A stretch of 64,000 nucleotides of DNA from Bdellovibrionales bacterium (lineage in GTDB: Bacteria; Bdellovibrionota; Bdellovibrionia; Bdellovibrionales; JAUICD01), in assembly GCA_965262715.1 (NCBI GenBank), contig OZ253553.1, positions 768,001 through 832,000 on the forward strand. Reading direction: 5' to 3'. Of the stretch, positions 21,386 to 31,662 are shown piece after piece (position 1 is the first letter of the stretch; the number at the start of each line of letters is the position of its first letter). A program made the position numbers and the translations under genes. Below the pieces are notes generated by a model that made no database searches, was not told the origin of the DNA, and saw nothing but the letters and a program-made list of their open reading frames with translations.

Positions 21386-22321
21386 TTATAAATTTCTAAT
21401 ATCTAAGCAGGCCTGTGTTAATCCGCCTTCTACATTTTCTTGATGTGTCGAGCCTCTAAGAACAAGCCCATTACCTTCTTGCTTCAATATTTCTTGCACA
21501 ACAAATTCATCTCTCTTCTGATCAATTATGATCTTTTCGTTCAATGAATCAACAGCAACTCTGATTTTTTCTATTAGCTCTGGGTTTTCTATTCTATGGG
21601 TTTTAAAAAACTCTTCAAGAAGTAGAGACTCTACTAGATCAAATGGCATATGATCGTTGAAAAGAAAAGTATTAAGAGCATTCTGTTGTTCAACTGTTAT
21701 GTGAGTATCATAAAGAACCTCATCGAACCTTTGATTGAAAATTATTGTTAATTCCACTCTCCTCATGCCTAGATTTTGATCTTCCAAAGGAATAACTTTT
21801 ATTCCGTTTGCCCCATCTAGAACAATATCATTTGGATATTCTGTTAGAAGTCTTATCCAAACAGAGTGAAGAAGATAAAGCAAATCATCAGTTGTTTCCT
21901 GGTTCCAAGGACCAACTGAATTAAATGATTCTTTGGCAGTTTGATAATTTTGTGCTTTTTGTTCAGTCGCCTGTATGCCCTTAGGATTAGATTCAACCCC
22001 TATCCAGTCTATTTCTTGAGAAGTTAATAGTGAGGTTATTTGCTGAAATTCAGACCTTTCAAAGTCAATTGTATCCTTGTTTTTATCAAGAAACCTATAC
22101 AGCACAATTAACCCTTCATTAGGATCAATATCTAAATTCAAAATATTGTTAAGTTCTTCAGGTTCGTTAACTAAATGAGGGGTGAATAAAGTATAAACTT
22201 GTCTGCCATTGATGTCAGCTACTCTGATATCTCCAGAATATGGGAGGAACCAGCAGTGATAACTAAATGCATTGCTGGTAAAAAACACAAGAGTGAGGAA
22301 CATAGTGTAGAAATTGTTCAT
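21386..22321 (-). CDS. Secreted TIKI/TraB-like paralog 3
   Basis: Signal peptide to SNAFS; YTLFTPHL, IDWIGVE, VIPLED, QKRDEFVV, GLVLRGSTH. Confidence 0.75.
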   Translation of the reverse strand: MNNFYTMFLTLVFFTSNAFSYHCWFLPYSGDIRVADINGRQVYTLFTPHLVNEPEELNNILNLDIDPNEGLIVLYRFLDKNKDTIDFERSEFQQITSLLTSQEIDWIGVESNPKGIQATEQKAQNYQTAKESFNSVGPWNQETTDDLLYLLHSVWIRLLTEYPNDIVLDGANGIKVIPLEDQNLGMRRVELTIIFNQRFDEVLYDTHITVEQQNALNTFLFNDHMPFDLVESLLLEEFFKTHRIENPELIEKIRVAVDSLNEKIIIDQKRDEFVVQEILKQEGNGLVLRGSTHQENVEGGLTQACLDIRNL

Positions 22322-22434
22322 GTCAAAATATCTCTGGAAAGCTCCTAAACCTCTTCTTAGTATATTTATATCTTTTAAAACTTGTAAATACGGTCATAAT
22401 AAAATTAAGAGGTTTTTATAGAAAAAATGCTTTT

Positions 22435-23361
22435 CTAAAGGTTTTTAGAATTTAAACAGACCTGTGTTAGTCCACTTTCCACATTCTGTTGATGTGCCGA
22501 TCCTCTAAGGACAATTCCATTGCCTTCTTGCCTTAATATTTTTTGCACAACAAACTCATCTCGCTCTTGATGAGCTGTAATAGTCTCATTGAGTAAGTCG
22601 ATATAAGTTCTGATTTTGTTTCTGGTCTCTGGGTCTTCTATTCCATGAGTTTTAAAAAAATCCTCAGTATCTGAAGAATCAATTAAAATAGATGTATCTG
22701 ATATAGGATTAGAAAGAAAATCAACAAGGGCAGAGGTCTGCGGGCCTGTTAGATTAATATTATCATGAATAAATTTTATACTTAGTTGTGCAATCATTGT
22801 TAATGTCCCAGCTCTTGTATACAAAGTTTCATTTTCTAGAGGAATAATTCTTATTCTTCGATTCAGAACAGCATCACTTAAATGTTCTGTTAGAAATCTT
22901 AACCAAAAAGGGTAAAGAAGATAAAGCAGATCATCAGTCTTCTCTGGATTCCATAGGCCATTGCTTATTTGGTTAAATGATTCTTTAGTATTTTGATAAG
23001 ATTGCACTACTCGTTCAATTGTTTGTAGATTGGGATAATATTCAACTCCTACCCAGTCTATTTCTTGAGAAGTCAACAGTGAGGTGATTTGTTGAAAGTC
23101 GGATCTTTCAGAGTTAATTCTGCTAGAATAGTTATCCATAAATCTATTTGTTTTTTCAATGATGTCAGTACCTGAGTTTAAAATATCTTGAAATTCATCA
23201 GCTTTCCCCTTTGAGTGGGAGCCAAATAAAATGTAAATTTGTCTGCCATTGATATCAACCATTTTGATATCTTCAGAATACGAAAGGAACTGACAGTAAT
23301 AGCCAGAGGCATTGCTGGTAAGAAACATAAGAGTGAGGAACATAGTATAGAAATTGTTCAT
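22435..23361 (-). CDS. Secreted TIKI/TraB-like paralog 4
   Basis: Start MNNFYTMFL at 23361 by comparison with paralogs; YILFGSH, IDWVGVE, IIPLEN, QERD, GIVLRGSAH. Confidence 0.75.
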   Translation of the reverse strand: MNNFYTMFLTLMFLTSNASGYYCQFLSYSEDIKMVDINGRQIYILFGSHSKGKADEFQDILNSGTDIIEKTNRFMDNYSSRINSERSDFQQITSLLTSQEIDWVGVEYYPNLQTIERVVQSYQNTKESFNQISNGLWNPEKTDDLLYLLYPFWLRFLTEHLSDAVLNRRIRIIPLENETLYTRAGTLTMIAQLSIKFIHDNINLTGPQTSALVDFLSNPISDTSILIDSSDTEDFFKTHGIEDPETRNKIRTYIDLLNETITAHQERDEFVVQKILRQEGNGIVLRGSAHQQNVESGLTQVCLNSKNL

Positions 23362-23637
23362 GTCAAAATGTCTCTGGAAAGTTCCTAAACCTTCTCCTAG
23401 TATATCTAGATGTTTTAGAGCTTGTAAACACAAATATGATGAAATAAGAGTTTTTATAGAAAAAATGATTTTTTCTATAGAACCGGAAAAATAAAAACTT
23501 AATAAACATTGTCAGAGATTCATAACTTTATCTAACATACAATGCATATCAGTGTTCATCTTCGTCTATAAACCTTTGTGCCTATTACCTCTAATTTCTT
23601 GTATAAAAGGGTTATCTTCCAAGATGAGCCTGCTTTT

Positions 23638-23814
23638 TTTTCACTAAAATGCATCTGACGTCTCGAGGTGAGCCTCTCGAGGTGAGCCTCTGGTCACTTT
23701 CTGGCAGTAAGTCCGACGGTTCTTACGGCCGTCGGCAAATAGCTTACTGCCTAGGAAGGCTAATGCATTTTAGTAGGGAGGATATTCTTGTATCTTAACA
23801 CAATATTAGGGAAA
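23638..23814. repeat. Family B structured repeat, full copy
   Basis: Nested stems ACTAAAATGCAT/ATGCATTTTAGT, GGCAGTAAG/CTTACTGCC, CCGACGG/CCGTCGG; tandem CTCGAGGTGAGCCT units; tail AGGGAGGATA...ATATTAGGGAAA. Confidence 0.85.
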
Positions 23815-23937
23815 GTGTAGATATTGAGACATAGGTAACAGGTAGGTTAAATTTATAAATATAGGATATAGTTTATTTTTTATTGAAAGTTTTTCAAGTA
23901 GGAATGAACTTACTTGTACTTGTAAAGGTGTTTTGGT

Positions 23938-24885
23938 ATGAAAAAATTTTATATTATATTCTTCACCTTTGTGTTTTTCACAGGCAATGCCTTTGGTTAT
24001 CATTGTTGGTTCCGCCCATATTCTGGAGATATTAGAGTTGCTGGTATTAATGGCAGACTAATCTATACTTTATTCACTTTTCACCTATCTAATGAATACA
24101 AAGATTTTTACAATACTTTAAACTTAGACATTTCTATAACCGATAAGATAGCTCTATGGCATGATTTTCTTAATAAACATGCTGATACAATTAACTCTGA
24201 AAGCTCTGATTTCCTACAAATAAGCTCACTGTTAGCATCTGAAAAAATCGATTGGATTGGAATTGAACATTTCTCTGACACACAGGAACTTAAAAATCAA
24301 GTGCAACGGTATCGATTAGATAAAGAAGGGTTCGATTCATATAGTGATATCTCAATATTTTGGAATGAAGAAAATACTGATGATTTGCTCTATCTTCTTC
24401 ACCCTGTTGAGATAAAACTTCTAGCAGAATATCCAAATAATATCACTCTTGATCGAACAGATAAAATAAGAATCATTCCTCTAGAAAATAGAGACTTACA
24501 ACTGAGATCAAGTGAATTAATAGTAGACTTAATGCAAAAAATTGAAGAGATGTCGGATACGGGTCACATAACAGATGAACAAGAAGTTGCTTTTATTGAT
24601 CTTGTCTTTGATGATGAAAAAAATCCCTCCAGTTTAATTGATTCTCAAGATGTTGAAGAATTTTTTACAAACTTTAGAATAGAAGATTCAGAGATTATAA
24701 CAAAGCTTAGAGAGTTTATTGATTTGCAAAATGCATTTGCTATAACTCATCAAGAGCGAGATGACTTTGCTGTTCAATCTATACTAAACCAAAAAGGTAA
24801 TGGAATTGTTCTTAGAGGTATAAGTCATAAAGAAAGTGTAGAAAATGGATTAACACAGGTCTGTGTAGATTCTGGAAGTTTATAA
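23938..24885 (+). CDS. Secreted TIKI/TraB-like paralog 5 (inverted relative to the others)
   Basis: MKKFYIIFFTFVFFTGNAFGYHC; FTFHL, IDWIGIE, IIPLEN, QERD, GIVLRGISH. Confidence 0.75.
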   Translation: MKKFYIIFFTFVFFTGNAFGYHCWFRPYSGDIRVAGINGRLIYTLFTFHLSNEYKDFYNTLNLDISITDKIALWHDFLNKHADTINSESSDFLQISSLLASEKIDWIGIEHFSDTQELKNQVQRYRLDKEGFDSYSDISIFWNEENTDDLLYLLHPVEIKLLAEYPNNITLDRTDKIRIIPLENRDLQLRSSELIVDLMQKIEEMSDTGHITDEQEVAFIDLVFDDEKNPSSLIDSQDVEEFFTNFRIEDSEIITKLREFIDLQNAFAITHQERDDFAVQSILNQKGNGIVLRGISHKESVENGLTQVCVDSGSL

Positions 24886-24995
24886 GCTATTCCTTATAAA
24901 CTCTCAACATTCATAGAACATCTATGAAGCCATCTCAAAAATGCTACTAGAGATAACAGTTTTAGAAAAAACACCAGTTTTGCATTATACAAACT

Positions 24996-25152
24996 CACTC
25001 AAAATAAACCAGCCTCTCGAGGCTAGCCTCTGGCTGTTTTTGGGCAATCAGCGTGACGGTTAACACCATCAACAAAATGCTGATTGTCTCAAAAACCCGT
25101 TTATTTTAGTAGGGAGGATCTCTTCGTTCTTTTACATCATATTAAGGAAAAT
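24996..25152. repeat. Family B structured repeat, full copy (family A end at 24926 precedes it; partial B at about 25165-25210 follows)
   Basis: AAAATAAAC/GTTTATTTT outer stem, GGCAATCAGC/GCTGATTGTC inner stem, CCTCTCGAGGCTAGCCTC unit, tail AGGGAGGATC...ATATTAAGGAAA. Confidence 0.85.
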
Positions 25153-25422
25153 TTCCTTCATTCTGTTTTACTCAAAATGAATAGCCTTTCTAGGCAATGG
25201 TCTAATGGCAAGAATAAACTGTAACCTATGTCTCAATATGTAACAGATCCCAGAAAAAAGAATGCTTAACTAGATTATGAGCCCTTATTATGAATATTCC
25301 ATGTTATAAGGTGACAGCCGGTTGCCTTTTGTTATAAGAGTATGGCGTATATTTTGTAAATTTTACATTTGATTTTATACGAGCTTTTGTTGCATCAATA
25401 TTAGTAGGTATATAGAGGTTAG

Positions 25423-25576
25423 AGAGTTATGGCAGGCTTCTGGAATAGGCCTAGGCCAGTGCCTCAGGAGATAAAGATTTTATAAAATACTTTATTCTAT
25501 AATAGGTTTTTAAAATAATAGAAATAAAAGGCGCGGGGGATGCCTGCCGCCTATGGAAGAAGCCTGCCATAACTCT
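25423..25576. repeat. Family D hairpin-bounded repeat upstream of dnaB
   Basis: Perfect 19-bp IR AGAGTTATGGCAGGCTTCT (25423-25441) / AGAAGCCTGCCATAACTCT (25558-25576). Confidence 0.8.
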
Positions 25577-25667
25577 TTTATAATGTTTATGCCACAAGGC
25601 CATTTTATACATGTAATTTTTACAAGATGCTCTTATTTAAGTAAAATATAAAGTATTTGGATTTTTT

Positions 25668-27053
25668 ATGAAATTACCTTCACCTCCACATAATGTAGAA
25701 GCTGAAATGTCTGTACTGGGCGGCTTGATGCTAGATCCTAAAACTATGGACCATATAGAAGGCTTTTTAACTGCTGAAGACTTTTATATGCCAGCGCACA
25801 TCAAGATATTTGAGACAATAGAGCAGCTTTATAAAAGTAGACAACCATTTGATATTGTTATGGTATCAAATCATCTCTCAGATCGTGGAGAATTTGAATC
25901 CATAGGAGGTGCCAATGCTTTAACAGAACTTTATGAAAACACCTTTTCAACAGCTAATATTGAATCTTATGCGCGAGTTGTTAAAGATAAATCTCAACTC
26001 AGAAAAGTGATCACAATTTTAAATAACCTTTCTACAGAAGCTTATGAGCCCACAAAACATGAATCTGTAACTGACTTTATGCGTTATGTTGAGTCTTCTA
26101 TTTATGCTTTAGCGGATGAAAAAAATGTATCAGGTTTGCTATCTGCAACTGATGTTATCAAAAGCAGTATGGAGCGATTAGAAAAGCTATCTAGACAGCA
26201 AACAGAAGTTACGGGTATACCCACAGGTTTTGTGGATTTGGATAAAATGACAGCAGGTTTTCAACCACAAGAGCTTTTAATTTTAGCAGCTCGTCCTTCT
26301 ATGGGTAAAACAGCTTTAAGTTTAAACATTGCAGTTAACTCCGCGTTAAGAGCTGGTAAGAAGGTGGCTTATTTCTCTTTGGAGATGTCTAAGGAGCAAT
26401 TGATGTTACGTATTTTAGCATCAGAAGCTCAGGTGGATTTATCTAAATTACGTGTAGGTAAAATTCCAGATAAGGCATGGTCTCAACTTATTTCTACAGC
26501 AGCAGCTATTTCAGAGTCTGATCTTTACATTGATGATACTTCTGGTGTTAGTCCTTTTGAAATTCTAGCAAAGAGCCGAAGGCTTAAAAATCAAAAAGGC
26601 TTAGACCTTATCATTGTAGATTATTTACAGCTTATGGATTTAAAACAAAAAGTAGAGAGTCGAGAAAGAGCTGTTTCCGAAATTTCAAAGACGTTAAAAA
26701 AAGTAGCAAAAGAACTTAAGGTTTCTATATTAGCGTTAGCTCAGCTTAACCGTTCTGTTGAATCGCGCACTGATAGAAGGCCTATCCTTTCTGATTTAAG
26801 AGAATCTGGTTCTCTTGAACAAGATGCTGATGTAATAATGATGATTTATCGAGAAGATTATTACCAACCTCAATCTGAAGATAAAGGAATAGCAGAAATT
26901 ATTATGGCCAAGCAAAGAAATGGACCTGTAGGTATCATTAAGCTAGCATGGAAACCTCAATCTGGTATTTTTATGAATTTAGCTCCTGCAAGTTTGACTG
27001 GACCTAACCCTTCTGATGTATTGTCAGGACTAGAGCCTCTCAATTTTCTTTAA
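25668..27053 (+). CDS. dnaB: Replicative DNA helicase
   Basis: PPHNVEAE, AARPSMGKT Walker A, FSLEM, IIVDYLQLM, LAQLNR, SDLRESGSLEQDAD, KQRNGP. Confidence 0.98.
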   Translation: MKLPSPPHNVEAEMSVLGGLMLDPKTMDHIEGFLTAEDFYMPAHIKIFETIEQLYKSRQPFDIVMVSNHLSDRGEFESIGGANALTELYENTFSTANIESYARVVKDKSQLRKVITILNNLSTEAYEPTKHESVTDFMRYVESSIYALADEKNVSGLLSATDVIKSSMERLEKLSRQQTEVTGIPTGFVDLDKMTAGFQPQELLILAARPSMGKTALSLNIAVNSALRAGKKVAYFSLEMSKEQLMLRILASEAQVDLSKLRVGKIPDKAWSQLISTAAAISESDLYIDDTSGVSPFEILAKSRRLKNQKGLDLIIVDYLQLMDLKQKVESRERAVSEISKTLKKVAKELKVSILALAQLNRSVESRTDRRPILSDLRESGSLEQDADVIMMIYREDYYQPQSEDKGIAEIIMAKQRNGPVGIIKLAWKPQSGIFMNLAPASLTGPNPSDVLSGLEPLNFL

Positions 27054-27061
27054 AGATTATT

Positions 27062-27176
27062 TAAAAGCCATCTCAAAAACCGTGAATCTGTGAGTCTACC
27101 AGTCCCTGAGATAATGATGGTTTACTATTTTAACTTTTAACTCGCAAAAGCAAAATACAAAATGAGATAGTTTCTA
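27062..27176. repeat. Family A MITE-like element
   Basis: TAAAAGCCATCTCAAAA ... AAAATGAGATAGTTTCTA; interior CGCAAAAGCAAAATA resembles the 3604 copy. Confidence 0.6.
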
Positions 27177-27267
27177 ATATAACCCAATTGCCATGACTTT
27201 ATTGAAGGCTATACTTCAATTATTTGTAAATAGATTCAAGATGATCTATTTTTTCTCTTAAAAATAT

Positions 27268-28695
27268 TTAAGTGTGAGGTGGCTCTTCTGCATGATTGCG
27301 GAGTAAAATATTTGCAATGAATATCAAAGCAATAGCTGTGAGGCCAAGTGCAGCAAAGTAAGGCCATGCATCTCCTACAGAGACTTGAGTAGATGGGGCC
27401 TTATTAATTTTCCAAAGTCCTTCTACTAAGTAAAATGGTAGAATGGAGATAATAGCACCAAGTTTCATTCTTTGTTCACCAATTGACATAATAGTTTTTT
27501 TTCCAAGTCTTTGCCTTACATTGTGGGGGAGAGTTGTGGAAGCTTCATGAATACGGCTTGCTGCATAACTTTTAAATAAGGGACGTAGTGCACCATATAG
27601 AGTGCGAGCAAAAAATATAGACAACCCTAAAGCAATAAGACGAAGAACTGTTGAGGGGATGAATAATGTAATAGGAATCAGAGCTGATACAAAAGCATAC
27701 TTTAAGGTCATATTACGGAGGTTATTGATGGAGTTTGTCGTTGGAATAGGCCGAATTAGAAAAGGTGCAATGAAGTGAATTTTGGAGCTCAAATAGAACA
27801 GGGAATTCCTGACAAAAGGTGTCTTGTAAGCTGCGCCTATTAAAGATGGTAGCCATAAACAACCAATAACAATGATTAGGGATTCAGCTTTTGGACCTTT
27901 GCTAAGAACATAATATGTTGGAATAAGTCCTTCCATAGTTTGCGCTAAGCCATAAACAATTGCTAAAACCCAAAAGACACGATTAACATCTGGCAATTCT
28001 TGTTGAAGTAATGGTTTTGCTTCTTTAACTAACTTCCAAAAGTCTTTATTTTTTAAATGATCTTTTTCTGTTATTTTGAGTTTATTATTTGTTGATTGTT
28101 CTGATTGAGACTCCTCTATTATTAAAAGGCAAATTGCAGATGCTATAAAAGCGCAAATACCAGAAATAATGAGACTGATTTCTTCGCTCAAGAGGAGTGA
28201 TACAATTCCTCCAAAAGTCAAGCTTATCCAAAAGAAGGTTTCTGAATATGTGAAAGCCGCGTCACTCTGTTCTTGATCAATGCATAAGCTGTGTAACCAA
28301 ATTTCAAAGTTTCCACTTAGAAGTGTAAATGCAGCTGCAAAGCTTACTAATAATATAATGCTTATTAAAAGGTATAATCCAAGGTCAGTGGGAGGAAAGT
28401 ATATCATGAAGACAGCTGTTCCAATTGAAAAGAAGCCTTTTAACATAAAACTACTAGCAAATGTGGACTTGGAACCCAATTGATCTGCTGCAGCGCCACC
28501 AAAAAGCTCTAAGGGATACTCAATAAGAAAAAGCAATCCTATCCATGTGAGTCCAATGAGCTTAGGATCAAGGTCAATGAAAAAAGATCCAGTTTGACCA
28601 AATATAGCAATATATACATTAATGTAAAGTCCAGTATGCAGGCCGAGAAAAAATTGAATAATATAGGCTAACAATCTAGCTTGTTTAAGTTTCAT
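27268..28695 (-). CDS. MFS-type transporter
   Basis: About 12 hydrophobic segments in two halves; ELFGGAAADQLGSK motif-A-like; LLSGNFEIW. Confidence 0.75.
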   Translation of the reverse strand: MKLKQARLLAYIIQFFLGLHTGLYINVYIAIFGQTGSFFIDLDPKLIGLTWIGLLFLIEYPLELFGGAAADQLGSKSTFASSFMLKGFFSIGTAVFMIYFPPTDLGLYLLISIILLVSFAAAFTLLSGNFEIWLHSLCIDQEQSDAAFTYSETFFWISLTFGGIVSLLLSEEISLIISGICAFIASAICLLIIEESQSEQSTNNKLKITEKDHLKNKDFWKLVKEAKPLLQQELPDVNRVFWVLAIVYGLAQTMEGLIPTYYVLSKGPKAESLIIVIGCLWLPSLIGAAYKTPFVRNSLFYLSSKIHFIAPFLIRPIPTTNSINNLRNMTLKYAFVSALIPITLFIPSTVLRLIALGLSIFFARTLYGALRPLFKSYAASRIHEASTTLPHNVRQRLGKKTIMSIGEQRMKLGAIISILPFYLVEGLWKINKAPSTQVSVGDAWPYFAALGLTAIALIFIANILLRNHAEEPPHT

Positions 28696-29008
28696 ATTCT
28701 TTTCTCTTCACATGAAAATTTATAATTTCATAAGTTCAAATAGCAAGTGCAGCTTTTTTATGATTATAGATACTTTTAAAAAGTGTATAATACTAGGATC
28801 AAGATTCCAATAGGAAAGTTAATTGTCATGAGAGGTTATTGTAAGTTATTTGAGCTGATAGATCTTCTAAAAAAAACTTAATAATTTCTTTAAATTTAGC
28901 TTCTAAAATTCTTGAATGAACAAAACACCTATTTTTCATAGTTATATAGATTAATTTTGGAAGTCAATTTAAAGTGCCATGAATTTAATGTAAGTAATAA
29001 TAAATGCT

Positions 29009-29986
29009 TTATAAGCCTTCTGGATAGTCACCCCAGCAGTGACTATTATTTTGTGCATTCTCTTCTACTCTTAAACAACTGTAATCATCATTTGCTGTAA
29101 TAGATTGAATAGATAGACCCTGCATAGCTTCAGGAATTTCAACTACGACTGGTTTAAGGCTTTCATTGATGTTGTTGGAAACTCCTAATTGTCCTTTTTG
29201 ATTGTCTCCCCAACAAACAACCTTCTTTCTACTTTCCAATAAACCACAACTATGTTTTTTGCCAAGAGCGAGTGAGATAATACCATTGAGTCTATTATCT
29301 TCTAAAATCTCATCTGTATGACATTCATTTGTATTATCTTCTTTGACAACATAATTTGCATTTTGAGCTTGTTTATGAGAGGACTTACAGTTATTTCCTA
29401 ACTGTCCATGCTCATTGCTACCCCAACATTGTACATATTTTTTGGTTCCTGTAATACGACAGGAATGATTTATATCATTATTTAAAGAATTGTTTAATCG
29501 TAAGGAGCAACACGCACCAGGCTCAGTATCATAAATTTGGGATACTGGTACATTTACATCAACTGTATAAAATTCAGGATTGTTGCAATGGTGGTCTCTG
29601 CCAAGTATGACACCTGATGTTTCTAGGTGAGTCCTAAGTTTTTTCTCACATGAAGGAAGGCATTGTCCTTCAACTTCTTTGTAATCTGGTAGTGTTTGAT
29701 TCTCAGAGCAGCCTATGTTTCTGGTTGATAAAGATGAAAAGCCTATAAGGTTTGATTGCGCAGATGTGGTCGTTGTAGTAGATGCAGAAGTCGTGGAAGT
29801 TGTAGAAGAAGAAATTGTAGAGGCAGTTGTGGTAGATGAAGGAGGAGGAGAAGAAGAATCTAATGTTTTTTTAGCTTCCCAGCTACAACCTGCAAGAGAG
29901 CAAAGCAAAATAAGAGAAAGAGGTAGTGATAAAAAATGATTGAAAAGCTGATAAGCAGACGCTTTAGGTTTTTTTTGATTATTCAT
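29009..29986 (-). CDS. Lipoprotein with Ser/Thr-rich linker and RCC1/BLIP-II-like repeats
   Basis: Lipobox LAGC; SSTTTAST run; CWGSNEHGQLG, LGKKHSC, VCWGDNQKGQLG. Confidence 0.8.
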   Translation of the reverse strand: MNNQKKPKASAYQLFNHFLSLPLSLILLCSLAGCSWEAKKTLDSSSPPPSSTTTASTISSSTTSTTSASTTTTTSAQSNLIGFSSLSTRNIGCSENQTLPDYKEVEGQCLPSCEKKLRTHLETSGVILGRDHHCNNPEFYTVDVNVPVSQIYDTEPGACCSLRLNNSLNNDINHSCRITGTKKYVQCWGSNEHGQLGNNCKSSHKQAQNANYVVKEDNTNECHTDEILEDNRLNGIISLALGKKHSCGLLESRKKVVCWGDNQKGQLGVSNNINESLKPVVVEIPEAMQGLSIQSITANDDYSCLRVEENAQNNSHCWGDYPEGL

Positions 29987-30247
29987 AACTCATCTCTTTT
30001 TTAGCAAAATTAGGTATTTTATGGATTATTATTTTATTCCTTATATTTGAATCGTAATTTTACATAAATATCTTTATATTTTTTGCTTAAAGATATTTTT
30101 CAAAGTTGTTTTCTCGACTTATATCGTGTGATAGATAACAAGCTTTCGTCTTGCTCTTCTTTGATTTTTTACTAAGGAGGTAATTTGATATTTTAAGTTG
30201 GTATTATAAGGATTTGAGGTGATTTATTAAGGAGTGCAAAAAAAAGG

Positions 30248-30411
30248 ATTTCCTTAACATTATGTAAAGAAAGAAGGGTATCTTCCTCCTAAAGATAGTC
30301 AAGCTTTCTAGAGGGCAGGCTACTTGCTGACAGTGCAAACTGCCTGCGCTTACTGTCAGAAAGTTGCCAGAGGCTCGCCTCGAGAGGCGAGATGCAGTTT
30401 AGGGAAACAGC
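30248..30411. repeat. Family B structured repeat, opposite orientation, abutting the mltG stop codon
   Basis: ATTTCCTTAACAT...CAGAGGCTCGCCTCGAGAGGC...TTTAGGGAAACAGC. Confidence 0.8.
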
Positions 30412-31425
30412 TTATTTCAGTTGGTATTTCTTAACAGCTTTTTTATGCTCGCTATAGGTCTTTGAAAAGTAATGTGTACCATCATTACGACTTACAAAAT
30501 AAAGATCATTTATTTTTTCTGGAAAAAGCACAGCATGGAGTGCTTCTCGACCCGGATTAGCAATAGGTTCTAAAGGCAATCCATGAATAGTGTAAGTATT
30601 ATAAGGATTTGGGTTTATGATATCTTTTTTTCTAATATTTTTGATGAGTATACCTGTTTGAGCCAAAATGCCATAAATGATGGTCGGGTCTGACTGCAAC
30701 ATCATTTTTTTGCGGAGTCTATTTAAAAACACAGCAGCAATACGAGGTCTTTCATGTGGCGTGCCTGTCTCTTTTTCTACAATACTTGCTAAACGAACAA
30801 TATCATGTCGATTAAGTTCAGTTTGACTATTTTTTTGCTGCATGACCTGCGAGTAGACAACTAAAAATCGTTTGACCATTGTTTCAATCACTGTTTTAGG
30901 ATTTGATTTTTTTTCAAAATGATAAGTTTCAGGGAAAAAATAACCTTCAAAACTCAAAAGTTTTTGATCTAAAAGATTTTCAATAAAAGTTTGATCTTTA
31001 GATAGTTTTAAGAACTCACTTTTTTGCAGGATATTTTTTTCTTCTAAAATATCTGCGATTTCGTATAAGTTAATACCTTCTGGAAAGGTGATGGGATAGG
31101 AAACACTCTTTCCAAGAGTGATGATATTAAGTATTTCTGGCATTGTCATGGCCGCTGATAGGTGGTATTCACCAGCTCGAATTTTCTCCCCTTGCTTATT
31201 TAACCGACTGTAAACTTTAAATAATGTTGGATCTCTGATAAATTCTTCTTGATATAGTTTTTGCGCAACTTCTTGAGTTGATTGACCTTTTGTGATCTCA
31301 AACACTTTAGATTCTGCCTGTTTTTTGTAGGGACTAGTGATCCACATAAATATCTGACAAGCAAGTCCAATGACAAGGACGCAAATAACAATGCTTAAGA
31401 AAGTAAAAATTCTTTTTATCATCAT
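30412..31425 (-). CDS. mltG: Endolytic peptidoglycan transglycosylase MltG
   Basis: N-terminal TM, ITFPEG, EGYFFPETY, LASIVEKET, NRL..LQSDPT, YNTY..GLP..PIANPG, LYFVS. Confidence 0.95.
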   Translation of the reverse strand: MMIKRIFTFLSIVICVLVIGLACQIFMWITSPYKKQAESKVFEITKGQSTQEVAQKLYQEEFIRDPTLFKVYSRLNKQGEKIRAGEYHLSAAMTMPEILNIITLGKSVSYPITFPEGINLYEIADILEEKNILQKSEFLKLSKDQTFIENLLDQKLLSFEGYFFPETYHFEKKSNPKTVIETMVKRFLVVYSQVMQQKNSQTELNRHDIVRLASIVEKETGTPHERPRIAAVFLNRLRKKMMLQSDPTIIYGILAQTGILIKNIRKKDIINPNPYNTYTIHGLPLEPIANPGREALHAVLFPEKINDLYFVSRNDGTHYFSKTYSEHKKAVKKYQLK

Positions 31426-31662
31426 AAATAATACAGCTTTTACCTTTTGTAAAAAACTGAGTCTTTACAAAAATAAGCTAAAAGGTTACTTTAAGTCAAA
31501 ATATCTCTTCTTATGCAGTAAATAATAAAAGATAGAAATTAAATCAAGTATTTTCTTAAAAAATAATAAGAACTCATCTCAAATTTGCTTTTTATGCTCA
31601 CATCTCCAGAAACATTTTTGGATTACTTCTTTAAAATACTTATTCAATAAGGCTACCGTTTA

